A DNA stretch of 63,424 bases, counting the filler, from Stramenopiles sp. TOSAG23-2 (taxonomy: Eukaryota), in NCBI GenBank assembly GCA_900128395.1. It is 6 parts of 6 records of this genome, joined end to end, with 100 filler letters (N's around TTAATTAATTAA, not from the genome) between each part and the next. Parts side by side here need not be neighbours in the genome. Positions count along the whole stretch, not along the records: positions 1 to 28,322 come from LT649403.1; 5 more parts are not named here. One strand, written 5' to 3'. The stretch's first letter is position 1, and each line of letters starts with the position of its first letter. A program made the translations under genes and the position numbers. Positions 10,817 to 20,959 of this stretch are shown here, in pieces. The notes under the pieces are model-generated. The model was not told where the DNA came from and made no database searches. It saw nothing but the letters and a program-made list of their open reading frames with translations.

Positions 10817-12847
10817 ATGGAATCATTCATTAGTATTGTAAATGTTTTGTTCCTTCTTATTCTTTTTTTAATAATAATAATTCCTGCGATTGATGGGATT
10901 CAAACATCATCCAAAATATTATTATGTGATGAAACAAAACATGTATTGTATCAAAATATAACGAAGTTAACGAAAAGTTTTGATTTCATTATATCGAATA
11001 AATTATTAATGGTAACGTTCAGACCACAGATTGAATTAAAAGAACATTTTGACATATTCACGGACATAACTTCCATGGAAATATCCATAAATGACAATGA
11101 TGTATGTAAAAAAATGGCTATTACAATAGCATATAATAATTTAGGTATTTATTATTCCATTTTAGGACAAGATCATTATATTGATGCAGTCGCAAATTTT
11201 GACAAAGCTACAAAGCTAGATCCAGTTGCAATTCAAATATATAGAAATTTAGCTTGGTTGCAACATGCTGTAACGGTTGATACAGATAGTGCAAACACTG
11301 TTTATAAAAACGTATACAGATTAAATTGGCTAAGATTGGTTGTATATTCCATGGTTAATGGAATAGAAATGGATTATAAACAATTGCGACTACAGATACT
11401 TCCATACTTAGAGTTACGATCTTTTGAAGAATCAACCACTCAAAATGCCATATCAAGTATAAACGGTACTATGTTAAAAGTTGAAAAAAATATGAATCAC
11501 TTAGTAATAGCTGATAGAATATGGGACATGCAATTTTTACATACCGGACATGGTTCCGTTTTTCTTTCTATCCATTCTAAAGATTGTGCTATACTCAATT
11601 CAAACGATAAGGATTGTGTATTATTTTATGAAAATATATTAAAACCACGGCCAAATATATTATTATCTTTATTTGAAATTAATATTGGTAAATCATCATG
11701 TTACGATCCGTTATTATTAAAAGAAAGCGAGAATTTAGTGGCATCAAATATGCCAAACCAAAATGTAAAAAAGCAAGATGCATATCATATGATGAAATAT
11801 TTAAATTTACTAAAATTTCAATTAATTGGGTTTTACGATGATCGTCTCGCAACGGAAGGGGGAGGTAAAGAAAATCGACCAATACCTAATATACATCAAA
11901 GATTGAAATGGTTGAGCAATAAAAAGCAATTTTCTGGACAATCATTATCTATTTCTATGGGTCGATTAAATAATATTAACTCATCTCTACATTTGGATGT
12001 ATATCCTGGTGATACTATGGCAAGTATAGGAATGATGAATAATATGTATTTTATTATTAAACATCTTATATCAAACAAGGTACATGGACATTTTTTAGAA
12101 GCTGGTGTATGGCGAGGCGGTATGACAATATGGATAAAAGCTGTTTTAAATTCAATGTTAGATTTTTATCATGTTGGTAATAATAATAGTGATAATCATG
12201 ATGATAAAAGCAAAAACCATTTCAATAACTATAAAGTTTTTGTAGCAGATAGTTTTGGTGGTGTACCTCCACCACGTAATTCATCTGCATTTTCATTTGA
12301 TTCTTGGCATCATCTACCAAAACATTTATATAAAGTTCAAATGCAACATGTCGTTTCAAATTTTGAAAAGTATTTTTTATTTTCATCTACGAGTGATCAT
12401 GATGATAAAAATAATATTTTTCAAAGTCATCAAGTTGAATTTTTGCCTGGTTATTTCAATGAATCATTAACTTCTTTTGACCATCCATTATCATTATTAC
12501 GAATTGATGCAGATAGTTATGAATCTATTTTAGACGTATTGAATAATTTGTATGACAATGTTGTGCCTGGTGGTATTATTATGATAGATGATTGGCATTT
12601 AAATGGAGCACGCCGTGCTGTTTTGGAATTTCGATTAAAGCGTGGAATCTTAGAGACACTCCTACCAGTGGCAGAAGATGCACTGTATGGTTGCGAAGAA
12701 CGAATGCCACATTTGTATCATAGTCATCCAAATAAACCTGTGCAAGGTATGTTTTTCGTTAAACGTCCTGAAAATGAACGTGGTACAAATGCAAAAGAAT
12801 ATTATTCACCATTTCTTGATCAATTGGGAATAGAACTAGATTATTAG
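10817..12847 (+). CDS. Signal-anchored TPR + TylF/MycF/NovP-family O-methyltransferase
   Basis: First ATG at 10817 is followed by a hydrophobic segment. TPR (AYNNLGIYY...A...KATKLDP). TylF motifs GHFLEAGVWRGG, ADSFGGVP, GYFNESL, LLRIDADSYES and PGGIIMIDDW. Confidence 0.88.
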   Translation: MESFISIVNVLFLLILFLIIIIPAIDGIQTSSKILLCDETKHVLYQNITKLTKSFDFIISNKLLMVTFRPQIELKEHFDIFTDITSMEISINDNDVCKKMAITIAYNNLGIYYSILGQDHYIDAVANFDKATKLDPVAIQIYRNLAWLQHAVTVDTDSANTVYKNVYRLNWLRLVVYSMVNGIEMDYKQLRLQILPYLELRSFEESTTQNAISSINGTMLKVEKNMNHLVIADRIWDMQFLHTGHGSVFLSIHSKDCAILNSNDKDCVLFYENILKPRPNILLSLFEINIGKSSCYDPLLLKESENLVASNMPNQNVKKQDAYHMMKYLNLLKFQLIGFYDDRLATEGGGKENRPIPNIHQRLKWLSNKKQFSGQSLSISMGRLNNINSSLHLDVYPGDTMASIGMMNNMYFIIKHLISNKVHGHFLEAGVWRGGMTIWIKAVLNSMLDFYHVGNNNSDNHDDKSKNHFNNYKVFVADSFGGVPPPRNSSAFSFDSWHHLPKHLYKVQMQHVVSNFEKYFLFSSTSDHDDKNNIFQSHQVEFLPGYFNESLTSFDHPLSLLRIDADSYESILDVLNNLYDNVVPGGIIMIDDWHLNGARRAVLEFRLKRGILETLLPVAEDALYGCEERMPHLYHSHPNKPVQGMFFVKRPENERGTNAKEYYSPFLDQLGIELDY

Positions 12848-13614
12848 AGAGTGCGTGTGTGGGAGAAAATACCGGTGTGATGTGATATTTTGTGTGTGGT
12901 ATCATATGAGATTCGTACGATATTATGTAGTTACATGATATCTCTAAAACATACGTATGATAAACACACTGGTTCTCAAGAGTATGATATGATGTAGAGT
13001 GTTATTTGAAGAGTAAAAATATATACATGTATGTACATAAAAATATACTGATAACTTTTGGAAATAGTTGAGATACGAAAAGTATATATAAATATTACTA
13101 TATTATACTTCGTACATACGAAGTATAATATTACATTACGAAGTATAATGTACGAAGTACAAACACACCATGCGCACATGAAAAATTATTATGATTTAAA
13201 ATTTTAAAAAACAGTGTACGAACGTACGACGTATCATACTCGTACAAAATAGCTTGGAAAACGCGCTTGTATTTTTATTATATATTTTAGTACGATAAAT
13301 ATAAAAAAGAAACAAAAAGGTATATTTTAAAAGGAGCTTTTTAAAATTATTTTATCAAAAGTTTTACTCAATTTCGATTCTCTCTCTCGCTTTCCTCTAT
13401 TAACAAATCTTTTTTTGCTCTCTCCGCTTATTGTTTCTCTTTTTTTTTATTATTATTTTCATACTATCCCCTTTCCCTACCCAAAAAGATAAATATCTTT
13501 TACACTGAAGAAGCCTATGCATACTATAATTTTTGACATTTTTTTTTGTGAAATACAATTTATAGATATTTAATATAAATTACACGTCAATTGTTATATT
13601 TAAATGAACTTCAT

Positions 13615-14077
13615 TTAATTAACAGTTGTACTTTGTGTGGATGTTTCTGGTGCAGCGTCAGCGCCAGTTGCACCGGTTGCTTCAGCTTTGTTATCTGCTA
13701 ATTTATCGCCAGAGTTAGTTTGGGATGATGCGGATGGAGTTGCATCTGCTTTTTTCTCTTCGCCTTCGGTTGATTTTTCATTAACTTTGGTGTCATCAAC
13801 AGTTGTCAAATATATAATGTATAAGCCGGCCTATCTATTTACTTTATATAAACTTGGTCTAAAACGTTGAAGAGGGTAATCAGTCAATCAATGATTGATA
13901 ATAATAATAATAATATATATATGTATACATACAGCAAGCAAAAGATATAAAACTGTACTATATGGTTTTCCCTAAAATGTTATGCATCATTTTCCATTTC
14001 ATATATAATGCATCACACATGTGTCGTCCCCTTCCAAATTTTACATTATTATTATTTCTTTCATCTCCTCTCTTCAT
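13615..14077 (-). CDS. Small spliced single-pass membrane protein (~95 aa; predicted exons 14077-14045, 13971-13933, 13830-13615)
   Basis: GT-AG introns of 73 nt (GTAAAA..TTTTAG) and 102 nt (GTATGT..GATAG), both phase 0, join to give MKRGDERNNNN-GKPYSTVLYLLLA-AGLYIIYLTTVDD..., which has one continuous hydrophobic helix. Last exon is ORF 13615..13809. Confidence 0.55.
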
Positions 14078-14492
14078 TATATCACCTTAATATTCCCTAC
14101 CCACAGCTTAAATATAGAAATAGGCTGACATACGATTAACAATCACATTTTGTGGCAGTTGGTAAGCTGGTAAGGTGTGAAGAATAATTTGTAATTTGTA
14201 GTATAGTGATTTTTCCTCCATCATCGTTGCCATCCAGATTTTATTATTTATTGCTTTTTCATTCGTAGAACATATATATACATATTATTGATGCTAGATG
14301 ATTTGATGGGAAGAGAAACCATCGGGTTTACACACCAAAACACATTGGCACGGACAAATAAAATTCTGTTGATTTGTTTGTTTATTTGTGCGTATGTATG
14401 CGTGTATCTTTTATCTTTCGTAGTCTCCTTCTTCCTTTTCCTATTGTCTTTTACAAACAGAAACATTTTTGCCTCCGCTTGTTTGTAATATA

Positions 14493-15452
14493 ATGAATAA
14501 GAAAATTAAAAAAAAAGCAAATACATTTCAACATTTAATATCTGGTACTACTGCTGGCATTCTTACGACGGTATGTTTACACCCATTAGATTTAATTAAA
14601 ACTAGGTTTCAAGTGCACGAAGGGAATATTGGGAGGTCGCATAAGCAGGCGAAATATCGCTCGACATGGCATGGAATAAGGACGGTTGTCTCGAATGAAG
14701 GCCTACGTGCCTTGTATCAAGGAATTACCCCTGCAACGTTTGGTTCAGGATCTGCGTGGGGTTTATATTTTTTCTTTTATGAATCATATAAAAAACAAAA
14801 TCAATTTTTATTGGATGGAAATGAGTTTTACAATAACAAGACATTTGTCAATTTATGTAGTAGTTCACAAGCTGGTGTTACCACTGTTTTTATAACAAAT
14901 CCAATATGGCTTGTGAAAACACGGATGCAAGTACAAGATAAATCATTATTTACACAAGGTGGTGGAACTGCAACAACACAACCACATCAAACATTTTATC
15001 GTAGTATGCCTCATGCGTTTAAAACTATAATTCAAGAAGAAGGTTTTTTTGCTTTATATCGTGGCCTTCTTCCTGCGTTATTTTTAGTGTCCCATGGTGT
15101 TATCCAGTTCGTCGTGTACGAGGAATTGAAAACACTTGTAACTAATGATGGAAATAAAAAATTAGGAATATTAGAACCATTATGGATGGGTGCAATATCA
15201 AAAACAATTGCATCGACTGCTACTTATCCATGGCAAACCATTAAATCTAGAATACAGCAACGTCAAAAATTAGATGCAAAACCATATAATGGTATGATTG
15301 ATTGTGGTACACGGATTATTAAAAATGAAGGTATACGTGGATTATATAAAGGCTTAGCACCAAATTTAATGCGTATTGCCCCTAGTGCTGCTATTACATT
15401 TTTCACATATGAAAATGTTAAAGAATTTTTGATCAATAATAATTATTTTTAA
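14493..15452 (+). CDS. SLC25A32: Mitochondrial carrier, folate/FAD transporter type
   Basis: Three Px[D/E]xx[K/R] repeats (PLDLIKTR, PIWLVKTR, PWQTIKSR). GSGSAWGLYFFFY and SHGVIQFVVYEELK are typical of the folate carrier. Confidence 0.88.
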   Translation: MNKKIKKKANTFQHLISGTTAGILTTVCLHPLDLIKTRFQVHEGNIGRSHKQAKYRSTWHGIRTVVSNEGLRALYQGITPATFGSGSAWGLYFFFYESYKKQNQFLLDGNEFYNNKTFVNLCSSSQAGVTTVFITNPIWLVKTRMQVQDKSLFTQGGGTATTQPHQTFYRSMPHAFKTIIQEEGFFALYRGLLPALFLVSHGVIQFVVYEELKTLVTNDGNKKLGILEPLWMGAISKTIASTATYPWQTIKSRIQQRQKLDAKPYNGMIDCGTRIIKNEGIRGLYKGLAPNLMRIAPSAAITFFTYENVKEFLINNNYF

Positions 15453-15791
15453 AAAAAAAATTGTTGATAGTATATATCCGGATATATAATCGAAAATGTA
15501 TAAATAGAATGTAAAAAAAAGAAAAAAGACAGGCACATTATAATAGCACTAAGAAGCGCATTAGTAAAAAAATAAAATGTAAAAAATTATTTCTTTTTAT
15601 CCGACTTCGTACGAAAAATACAAAGGAACAAAAAACCACGTGACGCACATGTTATATTTTTTACGGGTTCGTATGAATTTGTAGCGTGTAGAGATATAAA
15701 AATTTTAATTATTATATTACTACTCAAAAACATATATATATATAATATTTAAAAAAAATATATGTACTCTCTCTCGTAAAATATATTAGTC

Positions 15792-16148
15792 TCAACTTGA
15801 TTCTTTCAACTTTTCTTGCATTTGTTTTCGTAAATCCAATGCTATTTCAGAACCATGTGCTTGGAATTTTCTTACTGGATAATTTAATATATAATTATCA
15901 AAACCATTATATTTCTCAATCGTACGTAACACTGACGTAGTAACTGGTATTTTAAAATCTTTATCTAGCAATTCACTATACATTTTTTTCTTTTGAACAT
16001 TTGGATTCCATCGCCTACGTGTTTTTCTATTAGAGAAACTAACATGATTACCAAATCGTACCTCTTTTCCACCATACAAACCACGCTTTAAACGTCCCAT
16101 TTTCGCTCTCAATTGAAATATTGCACGTGCTGATGTACGTACACTCAT
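15792..16148 (-). CDS. MRPL28: Mitochondrial large-subunit ribosomal protein bL28m
   Basis: RGLYGGKEVRFGNHVSFSNRKTRRRWNPNVQKK...TTSVLRTIEKYNGFDNYIL is the L28 family signature. Confidence 0.92.
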   Translation of the reverse strand: MSVRTSARAIFQLRAKMGRLKRGLYGGKEVRFGNHVSFSNRKTRRRWNPNVQKKKMYSELLDKDFKIPVTTSVLRTIEKYNGFDNYILNYPVRKFQAHGSEIALDLRKQMQEKLKESS

Positions 16149-16872
16149 ATTATACAGTGTCGTTTATATAAATTATATGTATATATATATATAGTGTTTT
16201 ATTTTACGTTATTTTATTTTTACATACAAAAAAGGATGGGAAAAAACTATATTTATTGATATTATTATTCTATAAAGTTTATTTATCCATGGATATATAT
16301 TTTATCTACTTACATTTATTACTTTACTAGTACATTTACACATTGCCAGATTGCTGCAGCAGAGGATTCAATAATTTATTATTGGCCATTATATTGCAGA
16401 TATTTAAGGTGAATAACAATTCCATTTTTAATGCTATGTACGTGTTAATACAGTAAAAAGAACACAGCATGTCTATAGTTCCGGCATTCCGCATTTTTTA
16501 GGCTTTCAGGCTTTTTCCAGCTTTCCAGCTTTCCAGCTTTTTCCCAACAAACTCCAGCTTTTTTTCGTTAATTTTAGATATAAATAGGATATTTACAAAA
16601 ATTACATTATACATTAGTATAGATTTTTCGTTAGTGATTTTTTTCATCCAATTATAACACAGGTTTAATAGTAACAGTAGCTCTTCTTGTTTATTTATTA
16701 GCTTGCATTATTACGGTATTATAGTATACTATTATAATTATATGCTTATTATATTATCAAAAGATGCATACAAAATAGAATATATACATAGTCTATATAG
16801 AAACTTCTTTCTCAAGTTAGAAATTAATTGCGACGAGTATTGTTCAACAGTTTTTTTTTTCAGCAGAGCATA

Positions 16873-19800
16873 ATGGATGACATAGGTGAAGATAGAAATG
16901 CTAGGAGGAAAGCTAGGAAAATCTTTTTACCATATAATGTTGAAGATGATGGTGTACATACAGATATTGCACAGTGGCGACTACGTAAATTAAAAACCGA
17001 TAGTGACGAAGTTGATGAAGATGATCCAGATAATTTTCATCAACATCATCATTCTATAAAGTCACCACTTCCACCACGTCCAAAAAGTGCCGGGGAAATT
17101 TTAGATACCAATGGAAGGCCAGTTCCACCGTCTGAAACAAAAGCCGATAAATTTGCAACTCCTCGAATAGACGAAGGTGCTAGAACACCGCGTATAGGAG
17201 CAGATTGGCCAGTGGCACAGTTTGCAAGGAAATTTAGAGAAGAAATATTTCGTGGTAGACATTTAGAAAAATATGAAGCGGTAGCAATGACACAAAATGT
17301 AGAGCTAGCAGGCCGCACAAATAAATTGGAGTTAGAAATGGATAATGCCATTAGTGGCACAATAAAATGTTATTCGAAGTTACGGAAAGAATATATTAAA
17401 CAACGTGATACTTTACCTATAGATTTTTTAAAATATGATGTTGCAGATGGAAAAGGTTTACCATATATTCGTGAAAGGGCTGCTGGTAAAATATATAAAT
17501 GGATGAATAGAATATTAATGAAACGTGTTGGAAGGCACTTTGCTTTGTGGATAAAATTAGTTATGTGGTTTCGATGGTTACGCAAAGTGAAACGTGGGTT
17601 AAAAGTCATGGTTAGGGTCTCACGTAGAATTAGTATGCGAAAATGGAAGTTGCATACATTTTTACATCGAGAGGCAGAACGTTTACGAGCAGCGATTGTT
17701 TTACAAAGATTAATTAGAGGGCATTTTGGGAGGAAGAAAGCATATAGGCAATTAAGAATAAATGCGGCACATGCAATACAAATGAGACTTCGAATGTTTC
17801 AAGCTGTAACATTAGTTGACTATCATAGAAGGTGCAGAGAAGGCGCAAAAGCAATGCAACGCATGTGGCGTTATATGCAATTTAAAAAACATTGTGTAAT
17901 ACTGATGCAAACGTGGTATCGTATGAGGCGAGCAAAAAATGAGTTTTTACAAATTAAAGAATCTACTCGAAAGATCATGGAAAAATGGCTTGCATCCTTT
18001 CTAGCTAGGAAACAGCGTGCATATTATTTACATCTCAAACGGGGTAATTTAGTTGCATCAAGACATTGGCGAGGTAAAGTAGCCCGAAAATTATATTGGA
18101 GATTACATTGTGCACGTTTGATACAAGCAAGGTGGCGTGCAAATATGGCACGTTGGTTAATTTTTCACATGTTTCGTCGTCGTGCTGTTTTAAAAATACA
18201 GCCAGTATGGCGTGGATATCTAGGTCGTATTATTTTTATCAAACGCAAAGCTGGACAAGTATGTATACAAAAATATTTCTTAAAATGGACTGCTGAGCGC
18301 AATTATAAAAAAATGATTGCTAGTCGTAATCGTGCAAAAAAAAGTGCGCGTATACGTGTATCAGTCCGCCCAATTCATGGTATATCCCATATTATAGCAG
18401 CTGTAAAACCGGGTACGGTAGAGTGGCGCTGGGAAAGGCAAAAGCGGGGTATGCCACCAATAGCAAAAGCGGTATGGATGGCGAAGAGAGGATTGGAAAT
18501 TTTAGCATTCCGTGTATCCGATGGGGTTGATTATAAAATTGTAATGGAACACAAAGAATTGCAACAGCGATGGGAAATGTATCGTTTGCGTGGTAAAAGA
18601 ACGCCTGGGCCTTATTCAAAGGCGTTTTTAAATTTATTGTTTGATCAATTGAAAGTTAGCCCATTACATGGCACGGCACAAATTGTACGCACTACAAGAA
18701 CTGAGCGTGGTAAGAAAATTGGTGCATTGACACACAAAGTGGGGGAAAGATGGTTTATTGTTACAGTATGGTTATATAATGAAGAATATTGTTGGAGAGC
18801 ATTCGATCCTCAAAATCAAAGGACATATCGTGGCACTGTCATACGCCGCGAATTGGAGAAAAGATTAAATAGGTATGATGCTGTGGAAGAATTAAACGAA
18901 GAATACAGGCAATTTCCATTATTATCAAAGAAAGCGTTTGGTTGGGTATTGGGGAAAATGGTTGTCTACGATAAATACGCAATGCAAGCATTTTGGAAAT
19001 CACCTATATATGATGAAGGCATTTTGATACTTGATCAGCAGGAAGATGTTATGGCAATGCGCATTCAGTGTGGTTTTCGTTGTATGTTGGCACGTGGGAA
19101 ATTATTTGAAAAAATTAAGGAATGGTATCGGAAGATGTGGGATAAGGAATATCAATCGTATTATTATTTCTCCCGAATTACTGAGACAAGAAGCTGGGAT
19201 CAACCATTGTTATTGTGGAGAACAAACCGTTGGGATATTGAACCTATCGATATTTGGGATCCTGTTATTCGTGATGGGGAACAATGGTACTTCAATGGCG
19301 CACGGGATGCGTGGAGTTATCTATCTGAAGCCGAAGCAGCAGACATTATCGGCGCATTTTACAAGAAACATATTATGGGTGATACTTGCACATTGCCTTC
19401 GTTGGCTGATTTAGCGAAAGCAGTCAGATTCAAAGAATTGGTGCTTGATGCGTATGAAAAACATCCAGAAAAGTTGTCGGCTGTTGTGAATATGGCATTA
19501 TTAACCCACACTTCTACGCACAATTATAAGACTGCAAGGCAATTGTATAAAAAAGCGTTGAAATTATCAGATGCTAATCCAACTATTTTATATTCTGTCG
19601 GATTGTTTGAATTGGCTGATCGTACTTTCAGATACCAAGAGCCGCGATGGCAATTAGGATTAAAATATATAAGCGACGCAAAAGAATTGGATCATCGTCG
19701 CGACAAATTTGGTACAGCGGAGAAAATGTTTTTTAAATTTGCTGTTATTATTGGTTCGAATGACCCTAGATCATTACGCAACTGGGCACTTGTACATCAA

Positions 19801-20607
19801 TGTATACGCGAGGATTATAAAACTGCTGATAAATTGTACAGTCGTTCATTAACGCTTGATCCATATGATGAAAATACTCAAGTAAATTACGATAATTTTG
19901 TGCATGAATTCCGTAAAGGGGGTATATATGATCGTGCCGGTCCACCAATTGCTATAAAGAAAAATTGTATATTAAAACGTGAGGAGACTATTGACGGGCA
20001 ACACTGGCAATTGTTTCAGAATCCAGAAGCAATTTTAAAAGCCCATAGGACTTTTTGGTATTGCGTTCCAGCTGCACGTACAAGATGGGTGTCGCCGAAA
20101 TGGAAGCCACGTGGATTCTTGCCAACCGAGCTTCAAATTATGAAGGCCAAGAAACGAATTGTAACTGCTGAAAATCGTTATCGTAAGAATAGTATTGTTG
20201 AAAAGGCAAAGGCAAGAGAAAAGGGCCAAAATGCATTTTTAAACAAATTGGAAAAACGAGCTAAAGGGGGTTTAACATCACCTGGATCTAGTAAGCCTGC
20301 AACCTCAGCAAATACAAGTCCAACTGGAAGTCAACAATCCGATGATTTATACCACGGTGGCAGTTTGGCTGAATTGTTAGGTGCAGCACCAGGTAGTCCA
20401 GTAGCAACTGAATTAACCAGTATGCAACAAATGTTAATCACAACTAGCCAACGATTAATAGAATTGGAGGCCAAGCAGAATGAGAACGATGAGTTAGAAC
20501 GTATAAAATCGATGGTAGAAGAGCAAAATGCGAAGATTTCTCAATTAATGGAGTCATTACAAAAGCAAGAGAGTGGGTTCGAAAAACCAGAAAAAATGTA
20601 CGAGTAA
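16873..20607 (+). CDS. IQ-motif / WW / TPR-like repeat protein
   Basis: Many IQ motifs (LQRLIRGHFGR, IQARWRA, IQPVWRGYLGR, IQCGFRCMLAR). WW-like YYYFSRITETRSWDQP, TPR-like helices and a C-terminal coiled coil. First ATG at 16873; an upstream exon is possible (poly-T CAG at ~16863). Confidence 0.85.
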   Translation: MDDIGEDRNARRKARKIFLPYNVEDDGVHTDIAQWRLRKLKTDSDEVDEDDPDNFHQHHHSIKSPLPPRPKSAGEILDTNGRPVPPSETKADKFATPRIDEGARTPRIGADWPVAQFARKFREEIFRGRHLEKYEAVAMTQNVELAGRTNKLELEMDNAISGTIKCYSKLRKEYIKQRDTLPIDFLKYDVADGKGLPYIRERAAGKIYKWMNRILMKRVGRHFALWIKLVMWFRWLRKVKRGLKVMVRVSRRISMRKWKLHTFLHREAERLRAAIVLQRLIRGHFGRKKAYRQLRINAAHAIQMRLRMFQAVTLVDYHRRCREGAKAMQRMWRYMQFKKHCVILMQTWYRMRRAKNEFLQIKESTRKIMEKWLASFLARKQRAYYLHLKRGNLVASRHWRGKVARKLYWRLHCARLIQARWRANMARWLIFHMFRRRAVLKIQPVWRGYLGRIIFIKRKAGQVCIQKYFLKWTAERNYKKMIASRNRAKKSARIRVSVRPIHGISHIIAAVKPGTVEWRWERQKRGMPPIAKAVWMAKRGLEILAFRVSDGVDYKIVMEHKELQQRWEMYRLRGKRTPGPYSKAFLNLLFDQLKVSPLHGTAQIVRTTRTERGKKIGALTHKVGERWFIVTVWLYNEEYCWRAFDPQNQRTYRGTVIRRELEKRLNRYDAVEELNEEYRQFPLLSKKAFGWVLGKMVVYDKYAMQAFWKSPIYDEGILILDQQEDVMAMRIQCGFRCMLARGKLFEKIKEWYRKMWDKEYQSYYYFSRITETRSWDQPLLLWRTNRWDIEPIDIWDPVIRDGEQWYFNGARDAWSYLSEAEAADIIGAFYKKHIMGDTCTLPSLADLAKAVRFKELVLDAYEKHPEKLSAVVNMALLTHTSTHNYKTARQLYKKALKLSDANPTILYSVGLFELADRTFRYQEPRWQLGLKYISDAKELDHRRDKFGTAEKMFFKFAVIIGSNDPRSLRNWALVHQCIREDYKTADKLYSRSLTLDPYDENTQVNYDNFVHEFRKGGIYDRAGPPIAIKKNCILKREETIDGQHWQLFQNPEAILKAHRTFWYCVPAARTRWVSPKWKPRGFLPTELQIMKAKKRIVTAENRYRKNSIVEKAKAREKGQNAFLNKLEKRAKGGLTSPGSSKPATSANTSPTGSQQSDDLYHGGSLAELLGAAPGSPVATELTSMQQMLITTSQRLIELEAKQNENDELERIKSMVEEQNAKISQLMESLQKQESGFEKPEKMYE

Positions 20608-20959
20608 AAAAAGTTGTAATAAATGTTATATAAAAAATATTGAAAATAAATATCATATATAATGTATTTTTTATACTCGTAATAATGAATATACGTATCA
20701 TAATTAAAAAATACGTTCGTAATACGAACCGTAAAAAAATACGAGTACACATATATACACATATATATTAAACGCGTACATTTATACGAAGTTCGTATTT
20801 ATTTATTAAACGGATATAATTATAAAACTTACGAAGATTTTAACCATTCATTAATATATTTAAAACGCGGGGTATAACCTAAAAGACATTTCATAATCAC
20901 CCGAAGTATCAAATATTACGTCGAAAACGAGTATTATCATAAGTATGACCATATGATAT

